NCBI GenBank assembly: GCA_965153355.1
Contig: OZ231126.1
Coordinates: forward strand, 44,082,001-44,146,000
Length of the DNA stretch: 64,000 nt
Direction of reading: 5' to 3'
DNA from: Flaccisagitta enflata
Lineage: Eukaryota
The stretch's first letter is position 1; the number at the start of each line of letters is the position of its first letter. This document shows, piece after piece, positions 1 through 14,959 of the stretch. A program made the translations under genes and the position numbers. A model generated the notes under the pieces. That model did no database searches, was not told the origin of the DNA, and saw nothing but the letters and a program-made list of their open reading frames with translations.

Positions 1-300
1 ATTTTTATTTTATCATTTTTAACGTTTTTAGCATCTTTTAATAGTTTTTAACATTTTTAACATTTCAACATTTTCTGACATTTTGTTTAACATTTTTAAC
101 CTTTTTAATATGCTACGTTTTAACGTCTTTTAACATTTTTAACATTTTTAACATTTTTAACATTTTTAACATTTCTTAACATTTTTTAACATTTCTTAAC
201 GTTTTTTAACATTTCTTAACCATTTCTTAATATTTCAACATTTCTTAACATTTTGTTTGTCATTTCCAGACGCACGCGACAGTTGCCCTCTTGGGCTTGT
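1..300 (+). mobile_element. 3' part of a HINE/DINE-1-like element with an internal AACATTTTT tandem array
   Basis: Repeats of 9-10 bp over 1-255, then the GCACGCGAC subterminal repeat, GCCC-TCTT-GGGC hairpin and TTGTT end shared with other copies. Confidence 0.6.
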
Positions 301-306
301 TCTGTA

Positions 307-396
<90 letters not shown>

Positions 397-851
397 CATG
401 GCCGAGTGACTGTATACAAGACCCTGATTTGGAGTTTTTGGACATTTCGGTCAGTATGAAGCCAAGCCATTGGGAAACCAATGCGCGCGCTTGCAGGTCA
501 CTTTTTTTCTTTTTCTTTTCTTTTTTCTTTCTTTTTGTGGGTCACGGTTTGTTGCAGTTCCGCATCATGCGCGTGAGTGTACCATACCAACCTCCTGTAT
601 GCTGTAGCCTCCAACCTCCTTTGTCCGGTAGCCCCCAACCATCCAACCTAGTCATTGACGCTAAGTACCATTATAGTTGCCCAGCGTATCGCGTCCGACC
701 CTTTTCCTGCCCCCCTTCGCCTGCCATACCCCTCCCCCTCGCCTCCATGTTCCTCCTCCTCTTCATTTTTCTGCCTCCACGCCTTCCTCACAATGATATC
801 TTTTTTTTTCTTTTACCAACAACCCCTTCACCCCACATCATGGCCTTTAGC

Positions 852-943
<92 letters not shown>

Positions 944-1066
944 CTTTTTTCTCTACTGCCTGCGCCACATTTCTGTACTGCGTTGGCTGCTGTTGTCGGA
1001 AATGCGGCGGATGGGCAACAGCAGCAAATATTTTGGGAAGGCCTCCAATTTGGAAAACCAGGCCAG

Positions 1067-1101
<35 letters not shown>

Positions 1102-1250
1102 GCATGCATGTATATGAGGATGTGATGGACGGTAGGTGAGGGGGGGGGGGAAATGGAGACTTGATTCACGCGGTTGTTATTTTGAATTTGGAAATGAAAA
1201 AGTTAGGGTAGGAGGAAGCACTCTTTCTTTTCTATTTTTCGAAAAAGGAG

Positions 1251-1622
<372 letters not shown>

Positions 1623-4561
1623 TTAAAACACGATTCACGAGGAGATTGTTTGACAGTAACGATTTCGCGTCTCGCCAACTTTCGCTTTATTCACATTTTT
1701 TTTTCAAATCCTAAAATTTGGGTAGACTGGACGAAGGACCAACAGAAGGACCGACAAAATGGCTTCTTTTAAAACCATGATCAAGTTGTTAGAAGCTTTG
1801 ACTAGAATGCCTCGTTTGTCCTCTCAGTCTTAGGGCGTGTTTCTAGTGACGACGACAAACGCGATAGTTCCCGTTGAACCCGTTTTCAAGGTGAACACAT
1901 ACTCATGAATTTCAACCGTCCCACGAGGGAGTAAGCGACCGAGTGGCCCTTTCAAAACGCGATAGAATCAGGCCCTTACTTCATTTAGCACTCTCTCTCC
2001 AATACAATTGTGCTATTGTACTGGTAATTTTGTAACGCCTCTTGCATTAAAACACTGTGGGGATAAGATGGTGAGAAAGAGAACGATGAAATGTTTTCTA
2101 TGGTCCAGATAAGACAAATGGTAAAAGCCCACTATGAGTATGAGATGCGACCTGCGCATCCGAGTTGTAGGAAGCGAAGTCACGGAAGCTTCAAGCAAAA
2201 CCCATCGGCCACCGGCACAGAAAACGTGAACAACTTGACCAACAAGGGCAACCCATCAAGCTTTTCTTTATTACCTGAGGAGGCAAACGGGCAAAACATT
2301 TGTCTTTTTGTTTGTTTGTTTGATTGTCTGTTTTATTCATGCTCATCTGTTTTTCTATCCATATCTGTCAGGCCCAAAAACAGCTCATTTGTGACTTAAA
2401 CTGTAAGCTTAAGACCTAATCAGATCAATTAAGCCTCAAACCAGCCCTTTCATGCTTCAAATAAGCCCTCTCGGGCTCCCAAACTTGCCTAAAACTACGT
2501 AGCCCAGTAGCAATTTCAGACCTCAAATCAAATAAACCAGTAATCACAATCAACCAGCCTCAGAACCTGATAACACTTCAAAATCAGCCGGACAAGGAAC
2601 AGAACTCCTAGTCCTACCGTGTTCTATCAGCCCTCATTTGAGCTACTACCATGCTGCTTCTCTATCTGACACAAACGATCAGGCTTAACAAGGCATGGGT
2701 ATTGGTTGCTGACCGTCAGCCGCCTTTCAGTGAAAAGTTTAAACTTGCGATCTCGTGACTGAAATATCTTCATTGCAATGGAATGGGAACGACGACAATG
2801 ACTTTTAACTTCTACTGGCATAAAAAAAAAGATACTAAGCTGAGTATTGAGTACTTGTCGTTTTTAAGTCTCAGCTCAGCATCCTTGTTCAATTGTAAGA
2901 CCTACGAATGAAGTTCGTAATTTATCTCGAATGAAGTGCCAACTGGAGAGGAAAGTGGTTGAGGAAGAGATTTCCTTGAAGTTTGCCACTTACAACTTCA
3001 ATTCATCGCATAACAAATACACTACGGCTTAATAGATGAGGACCAACGCATGTGTTTAATCAAAGAAAAGTTGACTTGAAGATTCAATTTTTCTAAATGC
3101 GCAAATGAATACCCGGCCAAGAAAGAGTCGTTTGCGGGTGGGCAGGGGCAGTATTAGCGCGAGCGGGGGCTATGATGTGGCTAGGCAGGGGCAGTAATGC
3201 TCAGCAATCATTATTCCGGCCTACAGGACATCGGCTCTTCGGGGCCGCTGCCCAAAAAATGGGAATTGTGACTAACGGACGAACTGGCCAACCGACCGAT
3301 GGATCGACAGACCGACGTACCGACTGCTCAAAATAGATAGTAAAGGAGACAAATCAAAATGCCGGAACGAAATGAAGTCTCACAAAGTTTGAGAAGACGG
3401 CACACCATGACAAACAACTCCTCTCTCCTCCTTTTCCTCTCATTTGCTCACGGTTCATCACCCTGTAAACTGTCGTGAGAGTAACGAGCTCACAAATTAC
3501 GTTAGACTTAGACTCATTGTATTTCTCTTTCTCTCTCTTTCTCGTTGGATTCTCTCTGCTATCAGTTCACTCAACTGGTCACAATCAAGTCCTAATCTAC
3601 AATCCATTGTCGTCAGAGGCCATTAGTCCACGAGACATTTTCCATTACCAAGGTTGTGGCTGGTTAGACCGCAATCTGCTTCCAACTCATCCCTCTCAAT
3701 TACTGATACTCTTCTTTCTACTTTATAGGGACTCCAATGGACCAATCAATCCACTTTATTTCTAGCATTGTTTTTTTAGATTTTGAAAAGAATTTCTTCC
3801 TCTTTTTCTTCTGTGTACGTGTTATCTCGTTACTCTGGCGTGGTGATTGGAGATATATGACTATGTCACTTCCTCACTGTTAAGTGTTAAGATATTAAGT
3901 TCAACGTTCGTCCTTTTGGGGCGCGAGATATTTTTTCTGCTATAATTTTTTTTTCTCTGGTGTAGAAGAAGGTTTAGATTCCGGCCTACTTTCAGAAGTG
4001 CGACTTCGTACTCGGTTTTTGAATGAATGCAGTTAAAAACGTTTGTAAATACTAGAACGAGAAATTGGATGGTTAAGAGAAAGAAAACGGTTAACAATTA
4101 AAGGAGAGACATATATATATATGTATAGTTTAAATGCGGTTGCGTGACAGAGCCGTAGTGCTTTAAATCTCGCTCTGATCGAACTTTGGACTCTCCGCTG
4201 TAAGATATATAATTCTTTGGATGTGAGGTGATTCACGGAAAAAAGACGTGGTTGGAATAATCATCGGACATTCCATCGTCCTTTTGTCACGGAAACTTTG
4301 AGCTTTTGCTTCCACGGAAAGTGGACGTTTACCTTTTCTTTGTCCGTGATATTTGTTCTTTGGTCAGTCCTCCCGTGATAAGGTCTGTTCGCAACTCGAT
4401 TTACCAGGTGTTTGGGCTTGAGTTTTAGTTGTGTTTGAGTGTGTTAGTGATTGTTTACTTGTTTGTCTGTGTGTATGTGGGAGGGGGGGTGCGCGAGCTG
4501 TTTGTCTCTTTCCTCCTCTGTCTCAGTTTCTCTCTTTCTTCTCTCGCGCTTCTCTCTCTCT

Positions 4562-4659
<98 letters not shown>

Positions 4660-4660
<1 letters not shown>

Positions 4661-5209
4661 TTTTGGGCAGCGGCCCCAAAGGGGTTGATGACCTATGCTT
4701 TCACACGTATGAGGGATTTTCTCCTCCTTCTATGTCCCCCCCTCAAATCACAGTCTCTAGGCCCAAATTCCAGTATCGAGACCCAAATCCCAGTCTTGAA
4801 GCCCAAATCCAAGCTTCAAGGCCCAAATCCAAGCCTCAAGGCCTAAATCCTGGCCTGGAGGCCCAGATTTCAGTCTTGAAGCCCAAATCTCATACTCAAT
4901 GTCAAAATCTCAGCCAAGAGGCCCAGATCCCGGCCTTGAGGCCCAAATCTCAGTCTCCAGGCTAGGATTTGGGCCTTGAGGCTAGGATTTGGGTCTTGAG
5001 GCTGGGATTTGGGCCTCAAGATTGGAATTTGGGCCTTGAGACTGGGATTTTAGGGGGGAGGGATGGAGGAGGAGGAGGAGGAGAAAATCCCACATACGTG
5101 TGAAAGCATAAGTCATCAACACCTTTGGGGCTGCTGCCCTGCTCCCCTCTCAACTTAACCACAACTTACTTAGGCAGGGCACGTGTACCGCTGACCATCT
5201 AACGCTTTT
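4660..5209 (+). mobile_element. Fold-back HINE-like element, family A
   Basis: TTTTTGGGCAGCGGCCCC...ATGACCTATGCTTTCAC arm, 20-bp AAATCCCAGCCTYGAGGCCC-like units that invert mid-element, a mirror arm, then tail GCAGGGCAC..TACCGCTGACCATCTAACGCTTTT. Confidence 0.8.
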
Positions 5210-5365
5210 CTTTGAATTTGTTGTTCGCCGAAGCGCGCACAGACTAACATGCACATAAACGCTGTGTGCGCTTTTAGGCACAAATATACGAAGTTGGGTA
5301 TTTCCATTACTTGCAATCTCAGCTATTGGAGTTTGGCCGCTTGATGTGACGGTATTTCCGGTAGC

Positions 5366-5453
<88 letters not shown>

Positions 5454-5582
5454 CTGTTTGTCTGTCTGTCTGTCTATCTATCTGTTTGGCTGTCTGTCTT
5501 TCTGTCTGTCTCTCTCTCTGTCTCTCTCTCTGTCTCTCTCTCTGTCTCTGTCTCTGTCTCTGTCTCTCTCTGTCTCTCTCTG

Positions 5583-5669
<87 letters not shown>

Positions 5670-6769
5670 CTTCTAACCTAATTCTTTCGGCGGAACAAGT
5701 TCTTTGTGCTTTATTGCGATTCCAATACATTTCGTTGCATCGGCGGAGGGAAACAATAAAGCGAAAAGGGAAAGGAAGAAAGGAAAGGAGAGGAAAGGAA
5801 AGGAAATAAAGAAAAAAAAGGAGCAATGCCGCTACCGCCACAACATGACGCCGACTCGCCTCGCCTCGCTGTGAACTTGGTAACGCTCGGCAAACGCTGG
5901 TAACGCGCCGGCATTGGGGGTAGCGCGCGCCATTTTTGTCCTATTTCTTTGGTCAATGGACATTTCCCTTTGGTAGCGGTCAAGTATCGGATTCTTCTTT
6001 TTTTTTTTTTTTCTTTCTTTTTTTTTTCTTTTTCCTTTGGCTCCTTTTCTCTTCTTTTACTCCGTTTCCCTTTTTTTCTCTCTCTCTTTCTCTCTCACTG
6101 TTTTTCGCTCGGATTACATGTTTATTGTTTTGCTTTTTTTTCCTGTTTCTCTTTGTTTACCGCGTCCGATTTTTTCTTGTTCCGTTGGTCAGTGTGGGTG
6201 GATGGAAATTGTTAGTCGTTTGACCCGCTCTTGTTTTCAAGAAGATTCCCTTTTTAGGTTTGGCATATGGAATGGATTATTGGATACGCGGCGATGTAGC
6301 TATGAATAAAAAACCAAGTTCCGTCTCTATTTTTCTCGCGACACTTGTTCGTGAAATCGATTCCTTGACTTCGTGGCGTAGAGTTTGACTCTATAAAGTT
6401 TCCTATGGACATTGGAATGGACAATTGGACAATCGCGTGTTCGATGCGATGGTAGGGTTTCATAAGTGGATTGTCACATTGTTTTTAAGTCATTCTCTCA
6501 GATTTTTTTTTGGTCCTTTTAAAATCAAGGAAAGGAAGGATAAACAAGATGACATAATTTCAGACCTTAAAGACCTCGCTCCAACGGAAAAGATGTTTTT
6601 AACATTGATTCTCACTTCGAAGAAATTAAGTACTTCCAAAGGACCATAGCTTAGCTTAGACCTGTGTGACCTGTGTGACTTGTGCAGATGGATTCCCTAT
6701 TTGCTTCAATTAGCGCCCCGGGCGTTATTAACTGAACCATTCACTTGATTTGAGGCCTGAGAAGTGAGG

Positions 6770-7077
6770 AGGCGAAGTGAGAAGACTTGAAAGGACTAAT
6801 TTGGGGCCTGAGAGGACTGAGTCCCAAGATGGCTGTTTTGAGGTCTGAGAGAGTTGATTTTGGTCTGCGAGGGCTGATTTTAAGTCTAGGAGGGCTAATT
6901 TGAGGCCTGAGAAAGCTGACTTCAGGGCTGAAGGGGCTGACTTGAGGTCTGAGCTGAGAGGACTTATTTGAGGCCTAGAGTGGCGGGGGCACGAGACGGA
7001 AAACGGAAGACGGAGAAACAAGAATTACCCTATGTGGAATCAAAGGGGATCGGCCTCTCTGGGGCAACTGCCCAAAA
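6770..7077 (-). mobile_element. Degenerate partial HINE-like element with 21-bp units
   Basis: GAGGGCTGATTT-like units ending in GGGGCAACTGCCCAAAA. Confidence 0.5.
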
Positions 7078-7375
7078 GAGGCCGCACCTCTTCCCCCGCT
7101 AATTAGAGGAGTGCTTGATAAAGCAAATACAGTAAGCGAATAACGTCAAGAAATAGAGAAACACAGACGATCTAAAGATGAAAGAGCGAAAGATGGTGAC
7201 TAAAGGATTGTCGATGGAAAACAGCCAACTAAAAGGGAAAAGACGGACAGAAGCGCAGATAAAAGGAGCTCACGTACCAACTGTGATAAGCAATGGAAAC
7301 CGCGGCATGACCAAAGCCTAAACAAGGGACAATGTCCGATAAGAAAAAGAAAGATTCTTTTGTAGGCAGCATCTC

Positions 7376-7424
<49 letters not shown>

Positions 7425-7940
7425 CAGAGAGGCATAGGCACAGCCAAAGGCAGTGGTGGTCAAATCGACAGACATATGGCCGACGTATGAAAAGACAGAT
7501 ACACGGACAGAATTAGAATGAGAAAAACAGAGAGACGGACAGTTACACAGTCCTACAAACAAGTAAGGGAACACGATTAATCAAGCAAGCAGACGGAGAC
7601 GAGCAGGGATACAGACAATTAAAAAAGAAATAGAGAAAAAAGGACAGATAGAGAAAAACAAATTTACATAAAAACCAATCAGAGTTTCAGAGGGAAACCT
7701 GTCCGTCTGCATTTCAACTGACCACCACATTCCTCGAAAGGAGAGCAGCCACCGACACAATTAGGTGGATAAAGAGGAAAGAAAAGGATAGAATGGAACT
7801 CACAGCCGCGCAGCGCTGACACACATACAAAATAAAAGGTTCACTGACCACTGCCGAGACAGATAGAGGATAGAGGATTCTGACAGGGCAGTGTAAGGAG
7901 GAAAGAGAGAGAAAAAAAAAGATGTGGAAAAAACGGAGGT

Positions 7941-8053
<113 letters not shown>

Positions 8054-8281
8054 GCGAAGATACCATTATATAGGCCATTCCAGAAACGCGGAAGTCGGAC
8101 ACGTGCCGTCTCTTCGTTTCACGTTTTCGAGTGACGAGTTTCCCGCCTTTTTTCACCGTCTTTTCTCGGCTTGGCCTTGGTTCACTTCCGTTACGCGATT
8201 TGGCTCCACGAAACTGAATCGGCGCCAGTTCTCGAAGGGTGAAGCAGGTTGGGGTTTGTGCAATTGACATTTTACAAGAGA

Positions 8282-8325
<44 letters not shown>

Positions 8326-8441
8326 GTGCGCCGTGGCCCCTTCGCTTTGGTCAAATCTCATCGAGACCGAGTAACGGCCAACCAACGGAATTTCCCGTGA
8401 CGTTGATGGGCTGCTATGGACTAACCCCGGATCTATCTCAA

Positions 8442-8555
<114 letters not shown>

Positions 8556-8853
8556 CCTCTTGGCCAGTCTAATTCTAAACTCTCTCTCCGCGCTCGAATC
8601 TCCGTGAGACAGAGAGAGAGACGAAGAAAAAGAGAGAGAAAGCATTAGCAGCAGAAAGTGACCAGCAGCCTCAGAGGCTGCGTCAGGGCCTCTGTAGCCG
8701 CAGCCGGCGCTTCAGCATTCCAAAGATGGATGTCAGCAGCGCACTAAGGGTATTTCGAGAGAGAATGAAAGCCAGAAAGAGATGCACATGGGAACGGTGA
8801 GTGTGCGTGTGCGCTTGTGCGTGTATCTTCATGTCTTTGTGCGTGCGGAACGA

Positions 8854-8938
<85 letters not shown>

Positions 8939-9470
8939 TCTCTCTGTCGTGCCTCCGTGAATACAGAAAGCAAAAAAAAGAGGTGGTCAGTCAGCGGAAA
9001 TCGTAGGTGGACAAAAAGGAGTGGGAGTGAAAAGGGGAGGAGTAAAGATGAGTAGGAGAGAGATGAGAGGAGTGAAAATTTTAGAGGTTCAGGAGGGAGA
9101 GAGAGGGAAGTGCTAGGAAATGTAGGATTGTAGGAGTCTAGGAAAGGAAGGGTAAGGGAGGTGAAAATGTAAGAGGTAGAAAACTGAAGAAGGTAAGGAG
9201 GGAGTGGAGGTCTGGAGGAGTAGATTTACGTGTTTGAAGAGTACGTACAAAAGGGGGAGAGAGCGATCAAAAGAGGAGTGAGCGTAAGGAGATTTGGGAG
9301 GGATGGAAGGGGAAGTGTAAAGAAATGCGCAGAAGGGTAAAGGAGGTGAGGACGGTGGAGGGGTGAAGCGAGAAGAAAGCAAGGAGGGAGTGATCAGTGG
9401 AGGACTAAGTGAGGATGGCAGTAGTGAAATACGTAGTGGAGAAGAGGAAGAGTGTATAAGTGGTGCACTG

Positions 9471-9979
9471 AAAATAGTCGCAAAAGCGTTAGATGGTCAG
9501 CGGTACCCGTGCCCTGCTTAAATAGGTTGTAGTTGAAGTTGAGGGGGGAGCAGGGCAGCGGCCCCGAAGGGGTCGATGACCTATGCTTTCACCCATATGG
9601 GGGATTTTCTCCTCCTCCTCCTCCTCCTCCTCCTCCTTCTCCTCCGCACCTCCCCTCCCCCCAGCCTCCAGGCACATTTCTCAGCCTGGAGGCCCATATC
9701 CCAGCCTCGAGGCCCAAATTTCAGTCTCGAGGCCCAAATCCCTAGAGAGTGGAATCTGGGCCTTGGGATTGGAATTTGGGCCTTGAGGGTGGGATTTGGG
9801 CCTTGAGACTGGAATTTGGGCCTCGAGGCTGGGATATGGGCCTCCAGGCTGAGAAATGGGCCTGGAGGCTAGGGGGAGGGGGGGTACGGAGAAGAAGAAG
9901 GAGGAGAAGGAGGAGGAGAAAATTCCCCATATGTGTGAAAGCATAGGTCATCGACCCCTTCGGGGCCGCTGCCCAAAAA
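9471..9979 (-). mobile_element. Fold-back HINE-like element, family A (well-preserved copy)
   Basis: Near-perfect inverted arms over about 9553-9974; the tail is the reverse complement of that in the 4660 and 35820 copies. Confidence 0.85.
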
Positions 9980-10106
9980 GGGAATAAATAAATGAGAGGG
10001 AGAAGAGTGAACACGGGGAGGAGTGAAGATTGCGAAGAGTGGTGTAGTGAAGAAGTGGAGGAAAGATTAGGAAGGTCGGAGGAAAAATGTTGCAGATTTA
10101 CATCTC

Positions 10107-10263
10107 TTAGTCGCGGACACCCGACTCTACACCTTGCTTTGTCGGTCGGTAGGTCGGTCAGCCGGTCAGTCCGTCTGTAACATTTTTGAATTTCAAACGG
10201 TTTTCGCATTACTGCTCCCGCCCAACCGTCCGCGACTGGATTGCCGTGTGTCCGGCCCTGTTT
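10107..10263 (+). mobile_element. Short HINE-like element, family D
   Basis: TTAGTCGCGGACACCCGACTCTA 5' hairpin, (GTCG/GTCC)n, CCGCGACT subterminal repeat, GCCG..CCGGC end. Confidence 0.7.
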
Positions 10264-10667
10264 CGGCGTTTATACAGTGAAGATGCATCGATTAACGCAA
10301 CAATGACAGGTCGCTCTTCCCTACAACAATGAGCAACAAATCGAAATAACAGACTGACAGAGGCTTTGTTGATGTTTGGTAATGGTAACGTTTCTAAAAA
10401 ATAAAAGTAAAATAGAAAACTTATCTAAAGAAGAAGAAGAAAACACAGAGAAAAAAACGATAAGCAAATTGGTCAAAAAGAAGACAGGAAGGAAACGATG
10501 GTGAGAATGAGGAGGAAAAGGAGGAAAAGGAGGAAAAGGAGGCGAAGGAGGCAAAAGAGGCAAAAGAGGTAAAGGGGCGGAGGTCAAGCAAGCTGCGACT
10601 TGCAGCAGGCTTGGGAGTAAAGTACTTTGAGTCCAAAAGCGCGGAAGGAAACAAGAACTCAACCTCA

Positions 10668-11139
<472 letters not shown>

Positions 11140-12289
11140 TCCTCTCCTTCTCTCTATCTCACATCTTTCCACATTGACACACACACAAAAACATTTCGCG
11201 CCACTTATGACGCGTTTTGTTTTCGTAAGAAAAAAAATGAATATACCTCGAAAGATCTTCATGTGACGTAAGGAAGGAAAGAAGAAGGGAATTGTGCATT
11301 GGCCCTGGCAATGTGGGTTGAGAGAGAATGAAAGATGTAACACTTTCACGCTACCCCATAAAAAAGATATGCCAGGGATGAGCTCGGCCAAATGACCAGT
11401 CGTGCAGTACTCCACCAAGGTTAGGAATAGGATTCAAGAATAATGAGCCGCGCTTTATTGCATTTCCAGTACCAAGTGGAATTTTCTCAAATTGCCTCAA
11501 AACAGTGTTACATGCTAGGAGTGATGCGCGTAGTAACTACAGTGTAGTCAGTGTAGTCAGTGAGGGCCCACAAGGCCCTCTTCCATATTTTTCAGTTTGG
11601 GTACAATGGGTATAATGAGGGATATTGTTCCACCTATCATGCATCCAGCTTGTCTGTTTGGTCATGAATAAATCGTAGAGAACAGTGTAGCAGCGTAAAA
11701 GGTAAAATAAGATCTTTTTTGGACCAAAGCTTATCCTTATGTCATTTTGGAATGTTCTTAGACGTTTTTCATGAAATTGACATAGCTCATGATTTGATAT
11801 CTCAGACAAAAAAAAAACTTGAAATTAACACAAAACTACTGATATTGGGATATTTTCTGGATGTAAAATGCCAAACTATGAAAAACGATGTATGGTTCAG
11901 CTGAAAACATGATTTGTGTCATTATGGCGCAAAACCACCTAGTTTTTTTATCGAGGATTTCGACTATACCTTCTCCTTCTATTTGCTATGGACGGTTCTG
12001 TATCGGTTCTGTATCGAAAATGCCCGTCCTGCAATCATCTGGGTCTAAGGTCGAGCGCGCACCACTTTCACGTTTGCACTTTAGAAAAAGTTGTCCCTTT
12101 CTAATCCCTTTTCTCACCGGAGTGGGAACGCCACATCATGGCTTGACCACTGTCCGCCTCGACCTCCGCAAAGAACGTTAGGCCCTCGGCCAACGGCGCT
12201 TCTCTCTCTCTGTCTCTCTTTCGCGCGCGCGCCTCTTTCGCTCTTGTTTTCTCTATATCCCTCTCTCCGTCTCTCTATGTAAAAAAAAA

Positions 12290-12520
12290 AGAAGCGGCGA
12301 CGCGGCGCCACGCGGCGGCAGCAACTTTCCCAGCGGCGGCGGCGGCGTCAGCAGCGGCGGCGCTCTCTCGATTCAAGTCTCTCACCACCTGACCGCGCGT
12401 GGTGACGAACGCCTACGCTTCAAGACTCGGAAGAGCAACGCCATTGGTCCAAACTCGCGCCTCGTCGCGGAATGTCCAAGTCACTGTATTATAAAGTCGT
12501 ACATTTCGAAGGGAGAAGAG
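12290..12520 (+). promoter_or_regulatory. CpG/GC-rich candidate promoter of the BTB gene
   Basis: Dense CGG/GCG tract, ATTGG (reverse CCAAT) at 12443 and TATAAAG at 12490. Candidate donor CTG|GTTAGT at 13254 downstream. Motif-level evidence only. Confidence 0.35.
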
Positions 12521-12859
12521 GAGGAGGAGGAAGAGAGGGTGGCGGTGGTAGTGAAGGAAGAAATAGAGGAAGAGGCGGAGGAGGCGGAAGAAGAGGCGCG
12601 GGAGGAGGAGGAGGAGGAGGAGGGAAAAAAAGGGGAATGGTTCAGAGGTTTTGTCGTTCGTTTTTTTCTTCCTGCTTTTTTTTTGTCCTTCTTTTTTTCC
12701 TCTGTTTTTTACAAAGAAGGAGGATGGACATTGGACAAGAAGACGTCACAAAGTCGTTTTCGTCGTTGTGGTCGTTCATGTCAATGTCGTTGAGAATGTG
12801 TCACACATCCACATAATCGCCACAAAGTCGAACAAGGACTGCTCTAAAGGGGAAAGAAA

Positions 12860-12909
<50 letters not shown>

Positions 12910-13337
12910 CTTGGACATTCGGGTTTTTTTTTTCTTCTCCTTTACTTCCGCTCTTTTGTGAACGGAGAATGACACGGTGGATGAAAGAAGAAAAAAATAT
13001 GAGAAAAAAACTCACAAACAAGATATAGCTGCCTCCACTTTTTTTTTTCGGCCATGAACTTTGGTTTACCGCCTTTTTCCGTGTGTTTTTTTTCCTTCGG
13101 TCTTGTCGAAACTTGTTTCCTGGACTCGTTTTCCCTCATATGTATAAAAGTCTTTTGAACATGTCTTCGTGGCTTTGTTTTTAGACTTTGTCTGTGGATT
13201 GACTCGACGGTCCGTCGGGCTGTTAAGCTAAAAACTTGCCTTTGATTTTTCTGGTTAGTGGGCAGTGGTCGGCAAGTCCGCTTTGTGCTTTTGTGGGCAG
13301 CGGTTTGTTCGTTTTTGAAAAAAAGGGGGCTAAATGT

Positions 13338-13460
13338 AACAAGGCCAAGTAGGCCAATAAGGTGCGACGTGTTGATCGTCGAACGAATGCGTTACAGACC
13401 GACAGACCAACCGACCAACGGACACAGCCAGTTATAGAGGTGCTTTGTCGCACCTAAAAA
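13338..13460 (-). mobile_element. Mini HINE-like element, family E (about 120 bp)
   Basis: Near-identical to 48495-48617 (+) and 50792-50908 (-). Confidence 0.8.
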
Positions 13461-13486
13461 ACTAAAAAATAACTTTTTGATGGTTC

Positions 13487-13707
13487 TTAGTCGCATGCAC
13501 TTGACTCTATCACCCGCTATGTCTGTCAGTCTGTCGGTCCGTTGATCCGTCAGCTGGCCCATCGATCAATCTGTAACACTTTGCTTTTTCGGCGTTAACG
13601 GGTAGTTTTTGCAATACTGCTCTTGCTCAAATACTTGGATGGCCTTTTTGATCACTGCCACTGCCCACCCGCGGGCGACTTAGGAGCCGTTGGCTATGTG
13701 ACCAGTT
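13487..13707 (+). mobile_element. Degenerate family D element
   Basis: TTAGTCGCATGCACTTGACTCTA start, GTCC tract, CTGCCCACCCGCGGGCGACT near the end. Confidence 0.6.
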
Positions 13708-14653
13708 ATCTGACGCGTGTTGTAGGACAAGGGGAATAATGCTAAATCCTTTTAAAAAGAGTTCCAAGCAGGAGACAACAAACAGGAAAGAAACCGGCAA
13801 GATTTCTGAATTCTGAATAGGCTTTCGCGACAGAAATCCGAAATGCCGTGCTGAAAAAAACAAACACTTATATTAACTTGGTTAGTGTTCAAGACAGAGT
13901 TACACCCAAATTTATTGCACTCCCTCTTACGTAGTATATACTTGTCTTCAAAAATGATATCCGATCTACCGGGACCGGGACCGACCTCTTCAGGAGAAGG
14001 CTTTTCAATTTCTTTTTTATTATTCGAAAAGATAAAAACCCTAATCAAATTAGGCCACGAAGTATGGCTGTGATGGATATGCTTGTACGAGTTAGTTTTA
14101 AAGTGGCCTCGTTATTTACTGCCTCCATTACGTCCAATCTGGTGAAACGGAAAGGACATGAAATATCGTGTCACTTTGGGTACAAATTCCTTTTTCTCAT
14201 TTCGTCTATTTATTTTCTCAAAGTGAAGGGAAATCGAATGTTGCTCAGTTGTATCGTGACCCAACCAGAGACCAAGTAACCACCTAACCAATCTAAAACA
14301 CCATCACCGTGGCCCAAAACTAGTTGGTCACTCAATCAGGCTTTAAACTAGCGACAGATAAGTAACCCCGGTTAGACTGTGACGTCACGGACGGGTAACT
14401 GGGGGGGGAGCACAACCCTTCTCCACCCAATTATTCACGCTCAGACCTACATTGCACAAAATCACAACTAGGGCATCTCAAAATCAGATGCCAACAGAAA
14501 GCCAACAGAAAGACTTACTAACAGACCTAAAAAGTGCGACTAAAATTAGTTATTCCCTACCAATAAAGGCGGCTAATCGCCGTAGGAAAAAAGCCGTAAA
14601 TGCTGGGAGAAAAGGAGGGAGAGAGACAGAGAAAAAAGAGAGAGAAAGAGAAA

Positions 14654-14751
<98 letters not shown>

Positions 14752-14920
14752 GATTTCTACTTTATATCTACTTTATATTGTGTTATTATTATCATTATAT
14801 GATTGATGAGAAGGAGCCTGCCGGGTTAAGAGCCAGCTTGACATGAGCGCATGGGGCTTGCTCTAAAAACAGGCCTGAAAGTATTAAAAACACAATTTTT
14901 TTTCTTCTTATTATAAAACA

Positions 14921-14959
14921 ATTAACTGACAATTCTTTAAATTTCTTTGTTTTTTACAG
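14921..14959 (+). other. Strong 3' splice acceptor, probably of a non-coding 5' UTR exon
   Basis: AACTGAC branch-like motif about 30 nt upstream of TTTCTTTGTTTTTTACAG; no convincing ORF follows. Confidence 0.45.

Noticed and set aside
4660..5209. tRNA-derived SINE interpretation of families A, B and F
   Set aside because: No clear Pol III A/B boxes, poly-A tail or TSD; the inverted-repeat and hairpin architecture fits DNA/rolling-circle elements better.
11375..12063. Possible old TIR element (GCTCGGCC..CCAG..TGCAG versus its inverse near 12030-12060)
   Set aside because: The inverted match is too short and degenerate and no TSD is seen.
12472..12816. Gly/Arg- or Glu-rich ORFs next to the candidate promoter
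   Set aside because: Derived from a GGA/GAA purine tract; no link to the BTB reading frame.
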